From: Lama guanicoe
Taxonomy: Eukaryota
Direction of reading: 5' to 3'
DNA: 64,000 bases
Assembly: GCA_013239625.1 (NCBI GenBank)
Contig: MU053810.1
Span: 4,992,071 to 5,056,070 of the forward strand
In this document: positions 38,750 to 50,934 of the stretch, one piece after another
How the letters are laid out: every line of letters begins with the position of its first letter
Position numbering within the stretch: position 1 is the stretch's first letter
Notes under the pieces: model-generated
Database searches by the model: none
What the model was told of the DNA's origin: nothing
The model's input: the letters and a program-made list of their open reading frames with translations, nothing else
Program-made: the position numbers and the translations under genes

Positions 38750-39590
38750 TCAGAGTTCTACCTTCCTATTTATATCTTTAAGAAAATTGACATTTGGAGT
38801 TGTCATTATGATGATTGTGAAAATGTGGTTCTTTTTCGGTTGAGTAGAATAGCATGATTATGTTCCCTTATTCAATTTTTTTTCATGTTCCTGGAGTTGT
38901 TAATTGATGCTTTAATTTTTTTCTCAATTCATACATTCATAAATTATAAATGCTCCAGTAGCTCTGTCATACGCCCCTCAATTCTATTTTCTGCACAATC
39001 AAGTGCATTCGTCTTGGTTTTTTATCCAGGTCTTTTCCCCAAAGCGCTTCCTTCTCAGGTTCCAGCCTGGATCAGTTGCTTTCTTGGCCTCCGAGCCAGC
39101 TGCCATCCTCTGTTGCATCCTCTGGTCCTCTGATTTGTTTCTTGGTTTTTCTCCATTTTTTTGCTGGAAAACATCATTCAGTATTTTTCTGAGAAAGAGC
39201 ATATGAAAGGTAAGGCATTTGAGGATTCTAGTATCTAAAAAGATCTTTTATTCTATCTTTATACTTGGTTAAGAATTTGGCTGGATATAGAACTAAGAAT
39301 TTGGCTGGTTATAGACTAAGGGCAGGGAAAAAATATCCCTCACATTTTTTTGAAGGTAACGATTCATTGACCTATAGCTTCCACTGTCCTTATGAGGAAG
39401 TTCAGTGTTATTTTGGTTCCTAATACTTTTAATGTGAACACTTTTAATTTTTCTTTTCTAGAGAGATCCTCTTAGGATCTTCTCTTAATTCTTGATGTTC
39501 AGTAATTTCCCAGCGATGTTTCTGGTTTGGGTCCTTTGTGGGAGGTGCTGAACATGCCCTTTTAAATCAAGAGACTCAGGTTGAAAATAA
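38750..39590 (-). mobile_element. HAL1/L1 ORF1-like fragment
   Basis: Antisense ORF1 C-terminal motifs (tttggctggatatagaa; cttccactgt..tgaggaagttc). Confidence 0.6.
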
Positions 39591-40581
39591 TGTCTTGTTT
39601 CCTGTGTGTGTGTGTTGTGTGTCTGTGTGTAGTGGGGCAGGCAGTTTGGCTACACAGAGAAAGGGAGAGCAGTTGCCCTGTGTACGCAGTCTTTCATCCA
39701 TGGTTTTGGTTCCATGCCTCAGCAAGCTTCGTATTACATGGTGACTTCAAGACCAGGCTTTCTAGAGCTCCTGAGGTAGAGGATGGGGAGCAGAGGGGAC
39801 TGTTCTCTGTTCTTCGTTGTTTACTCTTGCAGGCATTTAGGTGGCTGGCCTCCATTCTGCATCATATTGCATCCATTCTCTTGTTCTTAATCTAAAGAGA
39901 TGTTAACATATCATTCATTTAGTCTTCTGGACTTCTGGACTTACCTATTTATTCCTGACATTTTATACCTGACATCTTATTAGACATATTAGGCTTGCGT
40001 GAAACCCGCCATATCTTCACCAGAAATCCAAAGAGCTTCTCGAGTGAAACTCTGAAGCAAAAATGTCCATAGTTTGCAGTGGAAGGAGTTACTGGGAAAA
40101 TGTTTCTGACCAGAACAAAGAATGAGGAATATATGACTTCCCTTTTCTTTAGTAAACATTAACTCCTTGCCTCTTGGCAGCAAATGATATAAAAGACAAC
40201 AATCAGTTTCAGCCTTTCCCTCCTGCCTAAAGTCTTATCTATTTCTGTCTTCACCAGTCCCTCCTCAGTTGCTAACAATGAAAAGATCTATGGTTTACCT
40301 ACTTGGACCGATTGGTGCATACATGGCCAGGAGTCATTCTGAGTGCCAGTCTACAAATCTGACCTAAATACAGAAATTATTAAAATAGTTAACCCTAGGG
40401 ACCAGATGTTACTTCATCTTAAGGACACTACACTGAATTCCTTTTTTTTTCTTTATAACAATTTCAGCAAAGGCAAGAAGAAAGTAAGGTGCTGACACCA
40501 CGATGCCACCACAGCTGTGCTGGATTTCTGATGATGCATTTGATGTGATCTCTATAATGACTATCCTTCTAATTCAGAGAA

Positions 40582-40936
40582 CAATTGACCCTTCAAATCT
40601 ACAAGTTTTGCATCTGTGGATTCAACCAACCACGGATCAAAAATATTCAGGGGGAAAAACATTCCAGGAAATAAATATTTGCCGCATGCTGGCAACTACT
40701 TACATAGCATTTGCATTGTATTTTCAATGATTGACATTGTATTGGGAATTACAAGTAACCCCGAGATGATTTAAAGGATACGGGAGGATGCCTGTAGGTT
40801 ATATGCAAATACTAAGCCATTTTATACAAGGGACTTGAGCATTCATGAGTTTTGGTACCTGAGGGGGAGGGGTTGAGGAGGGTGGAGGGATAGATGCATC
40901 CTGGAACCACTCCCTGTGGACGCGGAGGGACAGCTG
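40582..40936 (-). mobile_element. MER2B (TcMar-Tigger MITE)
   Basis: gtggattcaaccaaccacggatcaaaaatattc..taggttatatgcaaatact..ccattttatacaagggacttgagcat..tcctggaaccactccctgtgga. Confidence 0.92.
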
Positions 40937-40949
40937 TGGGCTGTTTCTC

Positions 40950-41190
40950 CTAGACTTGTTAGGTGCCCACATTGGGGACAAATTGCCTGGGTTTGAATCC
41001 TGGTTCCACCACTGATTAGCTCTGTGACCTCGGGAAAGTTACTTAATCTCTTGTGCCTCAGTTTCCTTATCTGTGAAATGGGGCTACAGTAGTACCCAGC
41101 TTGTAGGGTAACTGTGAGAGTAAAATTAAAATAATGCCTCCCGCATTTTAAGTGCCATATAATTGTTGGCTATGATTACCGCTGTTGTTA
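40950..41190 (+). mobile_element. MIR
   Basis: cctgggtttgaatcctggttccaccact..tgtgacctcgggaaagttacttaatctc..tgcctcagtttccttatctgtgaaatggg. Confidence 0.9.
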
Positions 41191-42863
41191 TCTGAAATGA
41201 CGGGATGTTAAGATGGTCACTTTGGTTTTACAGAGCCTCATTAGATGTTAAAACAAAACCGAATGGTCTAGAGTCACAGCTGTTGATCAAATACAAGATG
41301 CGGAGCTAATTTCTTAGCAACCAAGCCTCAAATGACATACAAGAGACTCCTTTTTGAAGACCCACCTTGTTCTTTGTTGTCAATATTTCCAAAGGGAAAG
41401 TTTGAGTTGGCCTGATAAAGCCTGTATTCCGCATGTGAATAGAGTAGGTCCGGGGAACTCCTCCTGGGCGCACGTGACAACCCTAGATTTCCTTTTCCTC
41501 CTCTTCAGGAAATTCCCTTCCTTATCTGATTCTTTTTCTATAAATAGATGGAATGTGTTCGGAAGGCCATGACTAGCTTCAGATTTGGAAGGGAGGCTTT
41601 TGTGAGAAGTGGGAGTCTTTGCTATGCCTTCTCTGCCCCACTGAGCCCCTTGCCCAAGGCTGAGGGGAGGCGAGGGGCTGGCAGGTGGGAGGGATCTGCA
41701 CACGGGAGCCGGCAGCCAGCGCGCTGAGCAGAACTGAAGATGACCTAACCTCGACTCCTTCTCCAAGGAGGATTGTGATGTGCTGGAAAGAGCCCAGGAT
41801 TCAGAATCTGTCAGATCCAAGTTCCAATTTTACCCCGACTCAACTTCTCACAGCTTTATAAACTTTGGTTCCTTCATCTGTAAAATTCGCTTCTCAGTGT
41901 TGCGTTGCAATGTGGAGCAGATGTGAAATTATTTTGCAGATGACAGAACCCCTTTCCTCTCATTCTTCTCTCCTTTTTCTACTATGCATGATTATTAGTC
42001 CAAAAACCCATCTCCAAGACTCCCCCTGCAGGAGCGGCTCAGTCCAGACAACACCAGCATATGCAAGGCCCTCATGATTATCCTGTAGGACGTTCACTTA
42101 AAGGATGTGCAAAGGTCCGGTGTTCAGGGCTGGCCTAAATTACCTCCGATAATGGCTTGTTTCCTCCAGTGGCTGAATCCTATGTATCCAATCAATTTAA
42201 CAGTATTTATTAAGGCCTGTCCTGTGCTCTCAGAGGGTATAAAGGAAGAAGAAAAGAGCTTAGAATTTAGCAGAAGAAACCCAACAAGGGGATAAGTAAT
42301 GTAGAACAAACCCAAGTGACGGACTATGGACAAAAGTCTGACGTTCAGAGTGGGAGAGATGGAGCTTTGATGCCTGTGTGTGGCTCCTGTACCACAGAGT
42401 TAAGCACTTCTAGGCTAAGTGGGGTTCAGGGGGTTATATGCTGATGTGGGTCAGGGTCTGGGGTCTTCTGGGAACGTGTACATGGGCTGACTTGTTTTCA
42501 GGAGTCAGAATGCTTTCCCAGCCCAGAGCTGTTCCAGTTCAAGGTTTCTCACCTTTTCGGGGAAGAAAACAACAACAACAACAAAAAAACCCCACAAAGG
42601 TAGTTTGTGAGAGCATACAGCAACTTCGTCTCAGAACAAGTTCTTGGCCAGGCTCAGCTGCCTACTGATTTTGAAGTTTCGGTGATTTGCTAGAAGCAGG
42701 GCCTCTGTCTCAGAGCGTGAAGTCTCTCCCAGATCCTCTTCCTACCTGCCTCCCTCTGTTTTGCACAGAGAGGAGGGAGACTCGTGCATCAGCAAAATAC
42801 CTGGCACATCTCCATTACGTCTCAGAGACCTTCAGACTCTGAAAATGCAGCTAAACTCAGCTC

Positions 42864-44011
42864 AGCGCCCTCCGGTGAAGGTCATGGTCATTTGGCGTTC
42901 AACATTTTCTAGGCAGGAACTCTCTAGTTCTAGCTGATGGTCAGCAAATGCCCCTTTATTTCTCCTCTGGTGTAAGAACACCAACTTCTGCTTTTCTTTA
43001 CCACTTTCTACTGATTTGACCTACAGTAATAGCATTTCCCCTTAAGCAACCAGGGTCATCTCCCATACTGGGAATTTCCTAGTTTACATCTTAACAGAAT
43101 AAGATGGAGTGCACTTTGGGTTAAAGTCAGATACCATCCTGGCACCTTCCATTTTAGAATCTCCTATTTTCTGGCTGCTGCTTATCTCATAATGATGGAC
43201 TGGTCTGTTGGAAGTTCTGGAGAGATTCTGTCAGACCTCAAGTTTGCCCAGGCCATGAAGGTTTGAAGCCAAAACAGGGTTGCGTCGAGCGAAAAGCAAA
43301 CCAAACCTTCCTTGGTTCAGGGTTCCCTTGGCTACTGCAGTTCACACCAATGTTTTTGAGAGGGGCCCAGCTGGTAGCTCACATGGGGTTGCAAATAAGT
43401 ATTTCCTGGGATCACCATTTGTTACCACGTGGGCTCCTGCAGGGGGCCATCGCCCTGGAAGTTGCAGCAAAGCTCCTCAGCCACAGAGAAGAACTGACAG
43501 TTGGTCATGGTTGCTGTTATTAGCTGCCACTGAAGCCATGGCAACCACTGAAGGCACGGATGCTGTAGGGGCGCTGAGCGTGATGTTGGGGTGTATCTGG
43601 CCAGTGGGTGCCACCAGCATGGTCCTGCCAATGGGGCTGTTGCCTACAACAGATGTCGCCCTGATGCTGGTTCTGGGGTGGGTTCTTCTACTGCCTGGGG
43701 GTCAGCTGCCACCCAAGTCGGGCTACACATGCTGATATGCATCCTGCTTCCCGGGGCCACAGTCTCACTGTGTCCATGATGCCCAGAAATGGCCTCATGG
43801 AAGTAGGGACAGAACTTTTCGTTCACTTTCAGGCCATGAGCTCATCCTTCAGGCCAAAGTAGTGCTGCTTTATGCTCCCAGAGTGTTACAGAGACTTTTG
43901 CACAATAGCAGGACTTTCCATTTGTACTTGCTTCCCCGTCTCACCCATGAAGACCCCGCAGCTTGTTCATCAGGAGATGAACCAGTGGAAACATCTATGC
44001 CCGGGCGCCAT
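42864..44011 (-). pseudogene. MKRN-like: Decayed intronless Makorin-family (C3H zinc fingers + RING E3 ligase) pseudogene, probably an ancient retrocopy
   Basis: Minus-strand motifs occur in Makorin order across frameshifts. ATG in strong Kozak context (agcATGG, 44011-44009). KQV (43933-43925). EKFCPYFHE (43820-43794, finger 2). S/T/P/A-rich linker. EELCCNFQGDG (43478-43446, finger 3). C-N-P/C-E-L (43393-43375, cf. CDMCGL). VWFAFRS (43306-43286, cf. LSFAVQRS). YE/KQQPENRRF (43191-43157, cf. YEKANPSERRF). GI..CT/H..FC/LRC..RK (about 43135-43075, cf. GILSNCNHTYCLKCIRK). CYYCR (43034-43020, cf. CPECR). VESGKEKQKLV (43011-42979, cf. VEEKEEKQKLI). There are many stops and frameshifts and no intron-sized gaps. 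Confidence 0.8.
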
Positions 44012-45161
44012 GCTGTTTGCTCCTCCCACACTGAACCAACCTGGCGAGCACTTTCCTAGGGCAGCTTCCCTTCCTGGGACCATAAATCTATCTCCAATCC
44101 TCCCTCCAAATTCCAGCCAGAAGCACAGTTTGTAAACCCATTTTGTTGAAGCATAACAGCATGATTAATTAAAGACTTTCAAGGATAAAAGTAAATTCCA
44201 TCAGGATGAAATTTTGCGCCAAATGGAAGGTTAAAAATAAAGGACACACCATTTCCATGTATTAAGAGTTTTCATGTAATTTTTAGCAGATGCAAATGAG
44301 TATCAAATTGTCTAGATGTTTAGATTCCATCAGACACATTTCAGAGGGATGTGTACTTTTCGTCTAAGATATTAACATTCACAGTCTATTGGAATCGGCA
44401 CCCTTGGCAACCATTTAAACTTATATTGAAAAAATTTGGATGTTATCTTTTAAACAGGTGAGGAAGGGCAGAGTTTTTTAAAACTTCTTTCTTTGAGGGG
44501 GAGGTGAGCTCTGAGCAAAAAAGTCTGATAACCTTCAATTTAGCTTGTTTTGCAAAGATGTCCTAAACAAGTGAATTTTATTTCACAGGTGGTTTTTTTC
44601 ATGGATATATTTCATATTGTGTTTGTTTAAATTTGCTTTTCACTGGAAACCCTGAAGAACAACAATTGTATTAGAAAATGACGTTAATTCGATGCATCCT
44701 CTATCCTTAAGGGGCTGCTCAATCTACCATATTGGATATTGGCCTAGAGGAAGCAGAGCTCAGATTATGAATCTCTAGATGAAGGAATACACCTGGTAGG
44801 GAACCACATTAACACTTCTATTTTACAGCCTGATCTGTCTTCATTCTCTGCTGCCTGTTTCTTCTTCTGCTTTTTCATGTTTAAAAAAAAGAAAGTTGGC
44901 AAAAGTCAAGATTGGCATGGAGGATGAGTGGGAAGGGAACAGAATTAGCGAGGAATCCTTAGTCTTCCCTGTGAAGTTATTTTCATTGCCACGCCAAGGA
45001 GAGAAGAGTGAAGAAGAAATGGGGAACTTGATTATCAAGAGAACCCCTTCCTGAGTGGAAACAGAATAACTGTCCCAGGAGACACTGGTTCCTAGGCGGT
45101 GCCTTTTCCTTGAACATTTTTAACACTCCTTATCTGCTGGTTACAAGAGAGAGAGCAACCC

Positions 45162-45293
45162 TTTTTTTGTTGTTGTTTTTGGAGGGGAGGTAATTAAACC
45201 TACTATTTATTTTTGGAGGAGATGCCAGGGGTTGAACCCAGAATCTCGTGGATGCTAAGCATGTGCTCTACCACTTGAGCTATACCACCCCCC
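45162..45293 (-). mobile_element. tRNA-derived camelid SINE (Vic-1 type)
   Basis: ggggttgaacccagaatctcgtggatgctaagcatgtgctctaccacttgagctataccacccc. Confidence 0.9.
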
Positions 45294-45310
45294 GCCACGA
45301 TTCTTTCTTT

Positions 45311-45402
45311 TTTTTTTAAAATTTTTTATTGATTTATAATCATTTTACAATGTTGTGTCAAATTCCAGTGTTCAGCAAAATTTTTCAGTCATTCATGGAC
45401 GT
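45311..45402 (-). mobile_element. Very short camelid L1 3' tail abutting the SINE
   Basis: ttgatttataatcattttacaatgttgtgtcaaattccagtg. TSD a(c/t)gattcttt(c/g)ttt at 45297-45310 and 45403-45416. Confidence 0.85.
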
Positions 45403-47043
45403 ATGATTCTTTGTTTTCAGTGACTGGAAAGGGGGAAGTTTGTTTTCTCCCTTGCCCTGGTAATAAACACTAGGGTCGCCTTTAATGGTGAAAACTGGAA
45501 ATGTGGCCAGTAAGGAATTGAACTGATGCCTATGTACTTGTATTTATTTAACTCATGTTCTAAGTTACATCTACTCTGAAATTTGCGGGCAAACCTTGAG
45601 AAACTGTATTTGTTAGAGAGTGATACTGACAAGCTGACACACATTTTTACACGCATACACACACACACATCCACACATGTGTTTAGTGGGAAACGTTTAT
45701 CTTCGCTCCTTGTGCTCTGAAGATCCGCACCGCAGTCTCAAGAACAGCCCAGGTGGTTGGTTCACTTTCTACAAGCAAGCCTTTGAACACCATCGTTTAG
45801 CACCAAAATTGTCGGCTCTGTGTCGGAGAGGAAATGATCAAGGTCGCTGTCAAGTCTGTTCTTGTCAAGTCCAGCCTCCAGGTGAGGACCTGCACGCTGT
45901 CATATCGAAACACACGGAGGTGGTGACTGCACGTGCTGAGCCCTGAATAAATGTGTGTCTGTGAGCTCCCTGCCTGGGCTTCCTGGATGCCCAGCCCAGG
46001 AACCAATATTTCTTGCTCGAATGACCTAAATGTGTGTCCTCTGGTAGGTGGGCCAAAGGGAACCTGAAAGAACCACGGAGTTTCCATAGAGTCACAAGGC
46101 AAGTTCATCTCACAGCTGTCGTGGAGTCAGATGACCAGGTTGGACGCCCCTCCCCTGCTGACCCGAGCTCTGTAGTGATTAGACTGTCACCTTAGGGGAA
46201 AACCTATCGGGCCACTGGGCATCACTGTTCCCGACTCTGGGTCAGAAAGTTATGAATGCAGATTCCACATGGAGGCTGGAAATCGTTACCCGCAAAGCTC
46301 CACCTCTGAATAGCCCTGAGGTCCGTACATCAAAGCTGGCCTCTATTTGCTTGTTTTTCTTGGCCAAGTGGGAGGAGGAATGTTGGAGAGGCCAGGACCT
46401 TCCCATAGAGGAGCAGGGCCCCGACTTGGTGTGTTGATCATAATTCCTTTCGGAGCGAATTCCGCTGCAGGTCAGCTGGCTCGGGCACAAGTGTTCACAG
46501 CTGCACGAAGGGTGTGCAGGGGACATAATGGCTGCTGTGTGCGCTGGAGAACAAACAGTCCCACACAGGCCTGGGCCCGAGAAACAATGGGGCGACAAAC
46601 AGCCTTCCAAACAATGCCTTTATTTCCTGCCATAACACTGGGTGAGATGAGGCCCTGCAGGCTGGTTCCACCTGACCAAGACGGGGAGTTCATTAGGAAT
46701 GAAAGACACGTGAAAAGAGAGGTGGCAAACGTTGGGTTTTTTTTTTTTAAATCCTTCTGCAGAGCAAGATATAATTAAAACTATATTTTCTTAATGCCCA
46801 GATAAAACAGTGTGGTAAAAATACTGGAGAGGTGTTAGCAGCTATTTAAGTTTTAAGTCTTTCTGACATTAAATGTTGTGATTCACTCTCTATGCTAAAA
46901 ATATTGGCGTGAGCCACCCTGGGCTTCTCTGTTTCCCAGCAAGTCAGCTGGCTTTCCCGCAAGCTCACCTCTCCGCCCTGCCTGAGGCTGCATCCTCATG
47001 CAGGTCAAAGTCCTCCTGGGAGCTGGTTTCAGACAGCTTCCAA

Positions 47044-47065
47044 CTAATGCTAATGCTAATGCTAA

Positions 47066-47143
<78 letters not shown>
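47044..47143. repeat. Compound microsatellite (CTAATG)3, (AAT)14, (AAC)12
   Basis: Read directly: AAT at 47066-47107, AAC at 47108-47143. Confidence 0.97.
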
Positions 47144-47144
<1 letters not shown>

Positions 47145-47510
47145 TCTCCCAAGCACTTACGGTGGAGCAGGCCCACTTTTTTTTTATGGTAATATAATGC
47201 ATATTTATTTATTTAACCTTTTTTATTGATTTATAATCATTTCACAATGTTGTGTCAAATTCCAGTGTACAGCACAATTTTCAGTTATACGTGAACATGT
47301 ATATATTCATTGTCACGTTGTTTTCTCTGTGAGCTACCGTAAGATCTTGTGTATATTTCCCTGTGCTACACAGTATCATCTTGTAATCTTCTAATTCCTA
47401 GAATCCTCATGAGAGCCCTCTGAGGTGGGGGGCCATTGTTCATCCCATTTTACAGATGAGGAAACTGAGGAATGGAGAGGTTAAGCACCTTGCCCAAGCT
47501 CATAACCTGT
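47144..47510 (-). mobile_element. MIR interrupted by a camelid L1 3' tail (about 47203-47383)
   Basis: MIR core cccattttacagatgaggaaactgagg; L1 tail ttgatttataatcatttcacaatgttgtgtcaaattccagtg. Confidence 0.8.
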
Positions 47511-48924
47511 AAGCCTGTTCCAATACACACCCAGAGCCGCCCCGGAACCTGCTTTGCTGGGCGGCTTTCCACCTGTGCAGGTAATCGCCTCACCCCGTGT
47601 TTGTGATGAAATGGCACCCACAGCTCTTGCAGCAGACGGGCATTGAGAGGAATTCCAGGGTAGGGAGTACTTTGAGGAGATACAAGAGATGAGTGGGAAA
47701 GACGCCTTGTTAGTCTGAGAAGGGACTGCATTTGGAGCGGCAACCCCAACAAGACTGCTTACTCACCTCCACGGCTGACAATGACTCAGACCCGAGGAGA
47801 TCCTCCGTGGAGCTGATCAGAAACATGCCCCATGCACAGTGCTCCTGGCCGTTCCGGGCTGGCTGGGCTGGCCCTGAGCATCAAATGTGCCCAAGACTGT
47901 TCATGACGTTGGGCGAGCCTCAGGGGTCAAAAGGCGGCAGGGGGAAAGGACAGGCCAGCTGGAGAACATCACCAAGACGGAAATGGATACAGGGGGCTTT
48001 GGGACTAACTGAGGGAACCTTTAGAGATGGTCCAGCCACCTCCTCATTTTATAATTGAGGGACCGAGGGGCAGGGCTGGTGGAGGGGCCCCAACTCATAT
48101 CACTCGGGTGGTTCGAGGCAGAGTCAGGAGCAAAACCGAGGTCTGCTCTCTCCACCTGCAGGAAAGAACCAACCCAGTCAGAACCATTCGTGAAATACTT
48201 ACTGAAGGCTGTGCTCATTAATGCCTTGGCAGGGACGTCACAGGGAAGAGAGAGAGTGTAGGATGCCTCCTCTCCCGAGGCTTGCGGTTTCCCCGGGCAA
48301 CACACGATACATAAAAGTCAGTGCTGGTGGGCTCACTGCCCCCCACCCCTGCTCCTCTCTCATGAATCCAGCCACATGCGAGAACAGAGGGGACGTGAGT
48401 TCAAGGGGGCATCAGGTTAGGGTGGCACAACTCAGGTTCTAGAATTGCGCCCTGGTCCACGCTGAGATGGACAAGAAGGGTGTGAATCGGCAGTGAGAAA
48501 GTAAACCACACGTACCATAGAAACAAGAACCTCTCATGCTGCAGGACAAAGGAGCAGTGAGAGTCACCAACGCAGACAGCAAACAGGCTTGTCTGGTGCT
48601 CGGAGCGTGTGTGTCCACAAGGGGTGAGAAATGACATCATGAAATGAAACCGGCATTAAAAATGTTCCTGTCACACCCTGAAGCAGCTGGCCCTGTGACG
48701 TTTGAGACATGGAGGAATCTGCCCTGGTTTGAGAGCTCAGGAAATATCTGTGCCAAGAACTGGTCAACAGAGCATCAGGCTAGAAAGATCTAGTCACCAT
48801 GTTACACAAGTTTTTCTGAATAGCTTTCAGACTAGACGCAGATGACTCCAGGCAAGTGGGGAGGACCTGCGGGGGAGTCAGAGAAAAGTCTGTGCTAAGC
48901 AGTGGATGATGGATCAGTTTGGAC

Positions 48925-49310
48925 CCTGCCATTTATCAGTTGTACAGCTTTTGCAAACTGTTTAACTTTTCTGAGCCTCAGTTTACTCATCTGGAAAATG
49001 GGGTGAAATACAGGGCTGTCTCTGGAGGCTGACAAATGAATTTTATCACTTACTAGTAGTTCAACCCCCGGAAACTGCTTTGAACCTCCCTAAGTCTCAG
49101 TTTGCTCTTGTGTAAGATGAGGGACAATAATTACTCTCTACATCAATGAGTTATGAGGATGAAATATGATCACACGTGAAAAGTGTTTAAGGCAGTGTCT
49201 GGCACGTGAAGTTCAATAAATATTGGCAACGTGTGCAATGTGTGAGGTTATGGAAATGCGTGCAAAGTCCCTACCATGTGGCCGTATGTAGTGGGTGCCT
49301 ATTAAATGTT
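48925..49310 (+). mobile_element. Cluster of MIR fragments
   Basis: ctgagcctcagtttactcatctggaaaatggg; tctcagtttgctcttgtgtaagatgagg..gtgtctggcac. Confidence 0.75.
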
Positions 49311-49423
49311 AGACATCATGTGACTTTGAGCGACCAATAACTGTTTGTGGAACAAATGCTCAAAGGAGAAATGTGTCCTTTAATCTTTGAGTCTCTGGCG
49401 CCTGGCACTGGTATGTAGTGGGC

Positions 49424-49911
49424 GTATCAGTTTCTTGTGGCTGCTGTAAGAAATTGCCACACATTTAGTGACTTAAAAACAACACAAATGTATTATTTTG
49501 CAGTTCTGGAAGGCTTTCACTGGGTTGAAATCAAGGGGTTCCTTTTAGAAGCTCTAGGGGAGAATCCATTTCTTTGCCTGTCCCAGTTTCTGGAAAGACC
49601 ACATGCGTTTCTTGACTCATGGCCTCTTCCTCCATCTTCAGAGTCAGGTATGGAGCATCTCCAAACTTCTCTATCTCTGATCCCTACTTCTGCCACCACA
49701 TTCTCTTCTGAGTCCGACTCTCCTGTCCTTCTCTTATGAAGACCCTTATGATTATAATGCACCCTCCTGGATAATCCAGGATAATCTCCCCATTTTACTA
49801 TCCTTAATTTAATCTCAGCCGCAAAGCCCCTTTTGCCATGTTGGCAACGTAGATGCAGATCTGGGCGTGAGGGCTTGGGTCTCTCTGGGGGACCATTGTG
49901 GGTTGACTGCA
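49424..49911 (-). mobile_element. MaLR LTR (MLT1D-like)
   Basis: gtggctgctgtaagaaattgccacacatttagtgacttaaaaacaacac..gctctaggggagaatcc..ggataatccaggataatctcccc. Confidence 0.88.
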
Positions 49912-50934
49912 GTAGGAGTGAACGAACAGCATGTTGGATGCACGACAGCATGTCCAACCTCTGCTCCCCAAATGACCTTGCCCAGTTCGTCTCATACTGA
50001 ACAACTTTGCCCTGAACCATGTGTAAATTCAAGGACATCTGACTTCACAAGAGGCTTTTCCAGAGGCGGGCAGTTTAGCATCCTAGCCTCAGAGAGAAGG
50101 GCATTTCCTGATGTAGGTCAGCATCCAGGCTCTCTCTTCTTCTCAAGTTAGTTATAAGCATCTTGACGGTCACTATCGCCAGTAAGTTTACTTGCCTCTT
50201 ATTAACTCACTTTTCATGCTGGGTTTATAGGTGAATAAAGCAAGGTGCGGAGAGGGCTGGCTGGGCCTGGAATTACAGCTCAGTGCTGCAGAAGTCAGAA
50301 TTCCTTGGGTTCTGAGTTTCGGCTTCAGCATTTCATGTCTTCGCCTCTAACTGGAAGAGTGGAACCTCTCAGGTCTTACTTGTGTAGGTTACAGCTTAGA
50401 GTTATGATGAAATCAAAACTCTCTTTGTTCTCCTCTGCGTCGGCACACTTTCTGTTTTCAGGGCTGGACTTGAAGGTTGCTGTAAGAAGAACGTCTATGA
50501 ACTTGTGACACTAAACAAACAGGGACATGGCACCTCTCGGGTGATTTCTCCCCAGCGTGGAAATGATTTACCAAGTCCTCTGGCTTCCTGATGAAACACT
50601 GGAACTTCTTTTAAAAGTTTTAACGATAGTCAGTTCAAAGATGGTTGCCAAAATAATTTGTACTTAAAAACAAAAATGAAAAAAAAAAAGCCATCTGTTC
50701 AAGTTAGAATAGCACCACAATTATTTTAACCAGCATTCTGATTAGGGTAAGTCCAAAAACTAAGGTTTTGTACCCTTCTAACAAAATCAAGGTTCAAACA
50801 ACTATTACGTGGCCATAGAAATGATCAGGGATTAATTAAAATATATTGTGAAGGACGAGGACTGAGACGAAGTGGAATAGGATGCTCAGAGATGAAGGAC
50901 AAGAGAAAGTCAGCAATAAGTAAGATTTCCATGT

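Noticed and set aside
43280..43735. 151-aa plus-strand ORF as a gene
   Set aside because: It starts at a non-ATG codon, has no recognisable domain, and is the antisense shadow of the minus-strand Makorin fossil.
43790..43990. Myb/SANT-like (CPYF.E..I.G) or PEG10/gag-like (GLKDEL) reading of the 5' part of the fossil
   Set aside because: Each explains only one short motif, whereas the Makorin model explains about ten collinear motifs including the RING region.
46895..47192. Poly-V/I, poly-C/Y and poly-I/T ORFs
   Set aside because: They are translations of the (AAT)n(AAC)n microsatellite.
49517..50038. 173-aa minus-strand ORF
   Set aside because: It lies mostly within an MLT1D-like LTR and is a chance ORF.
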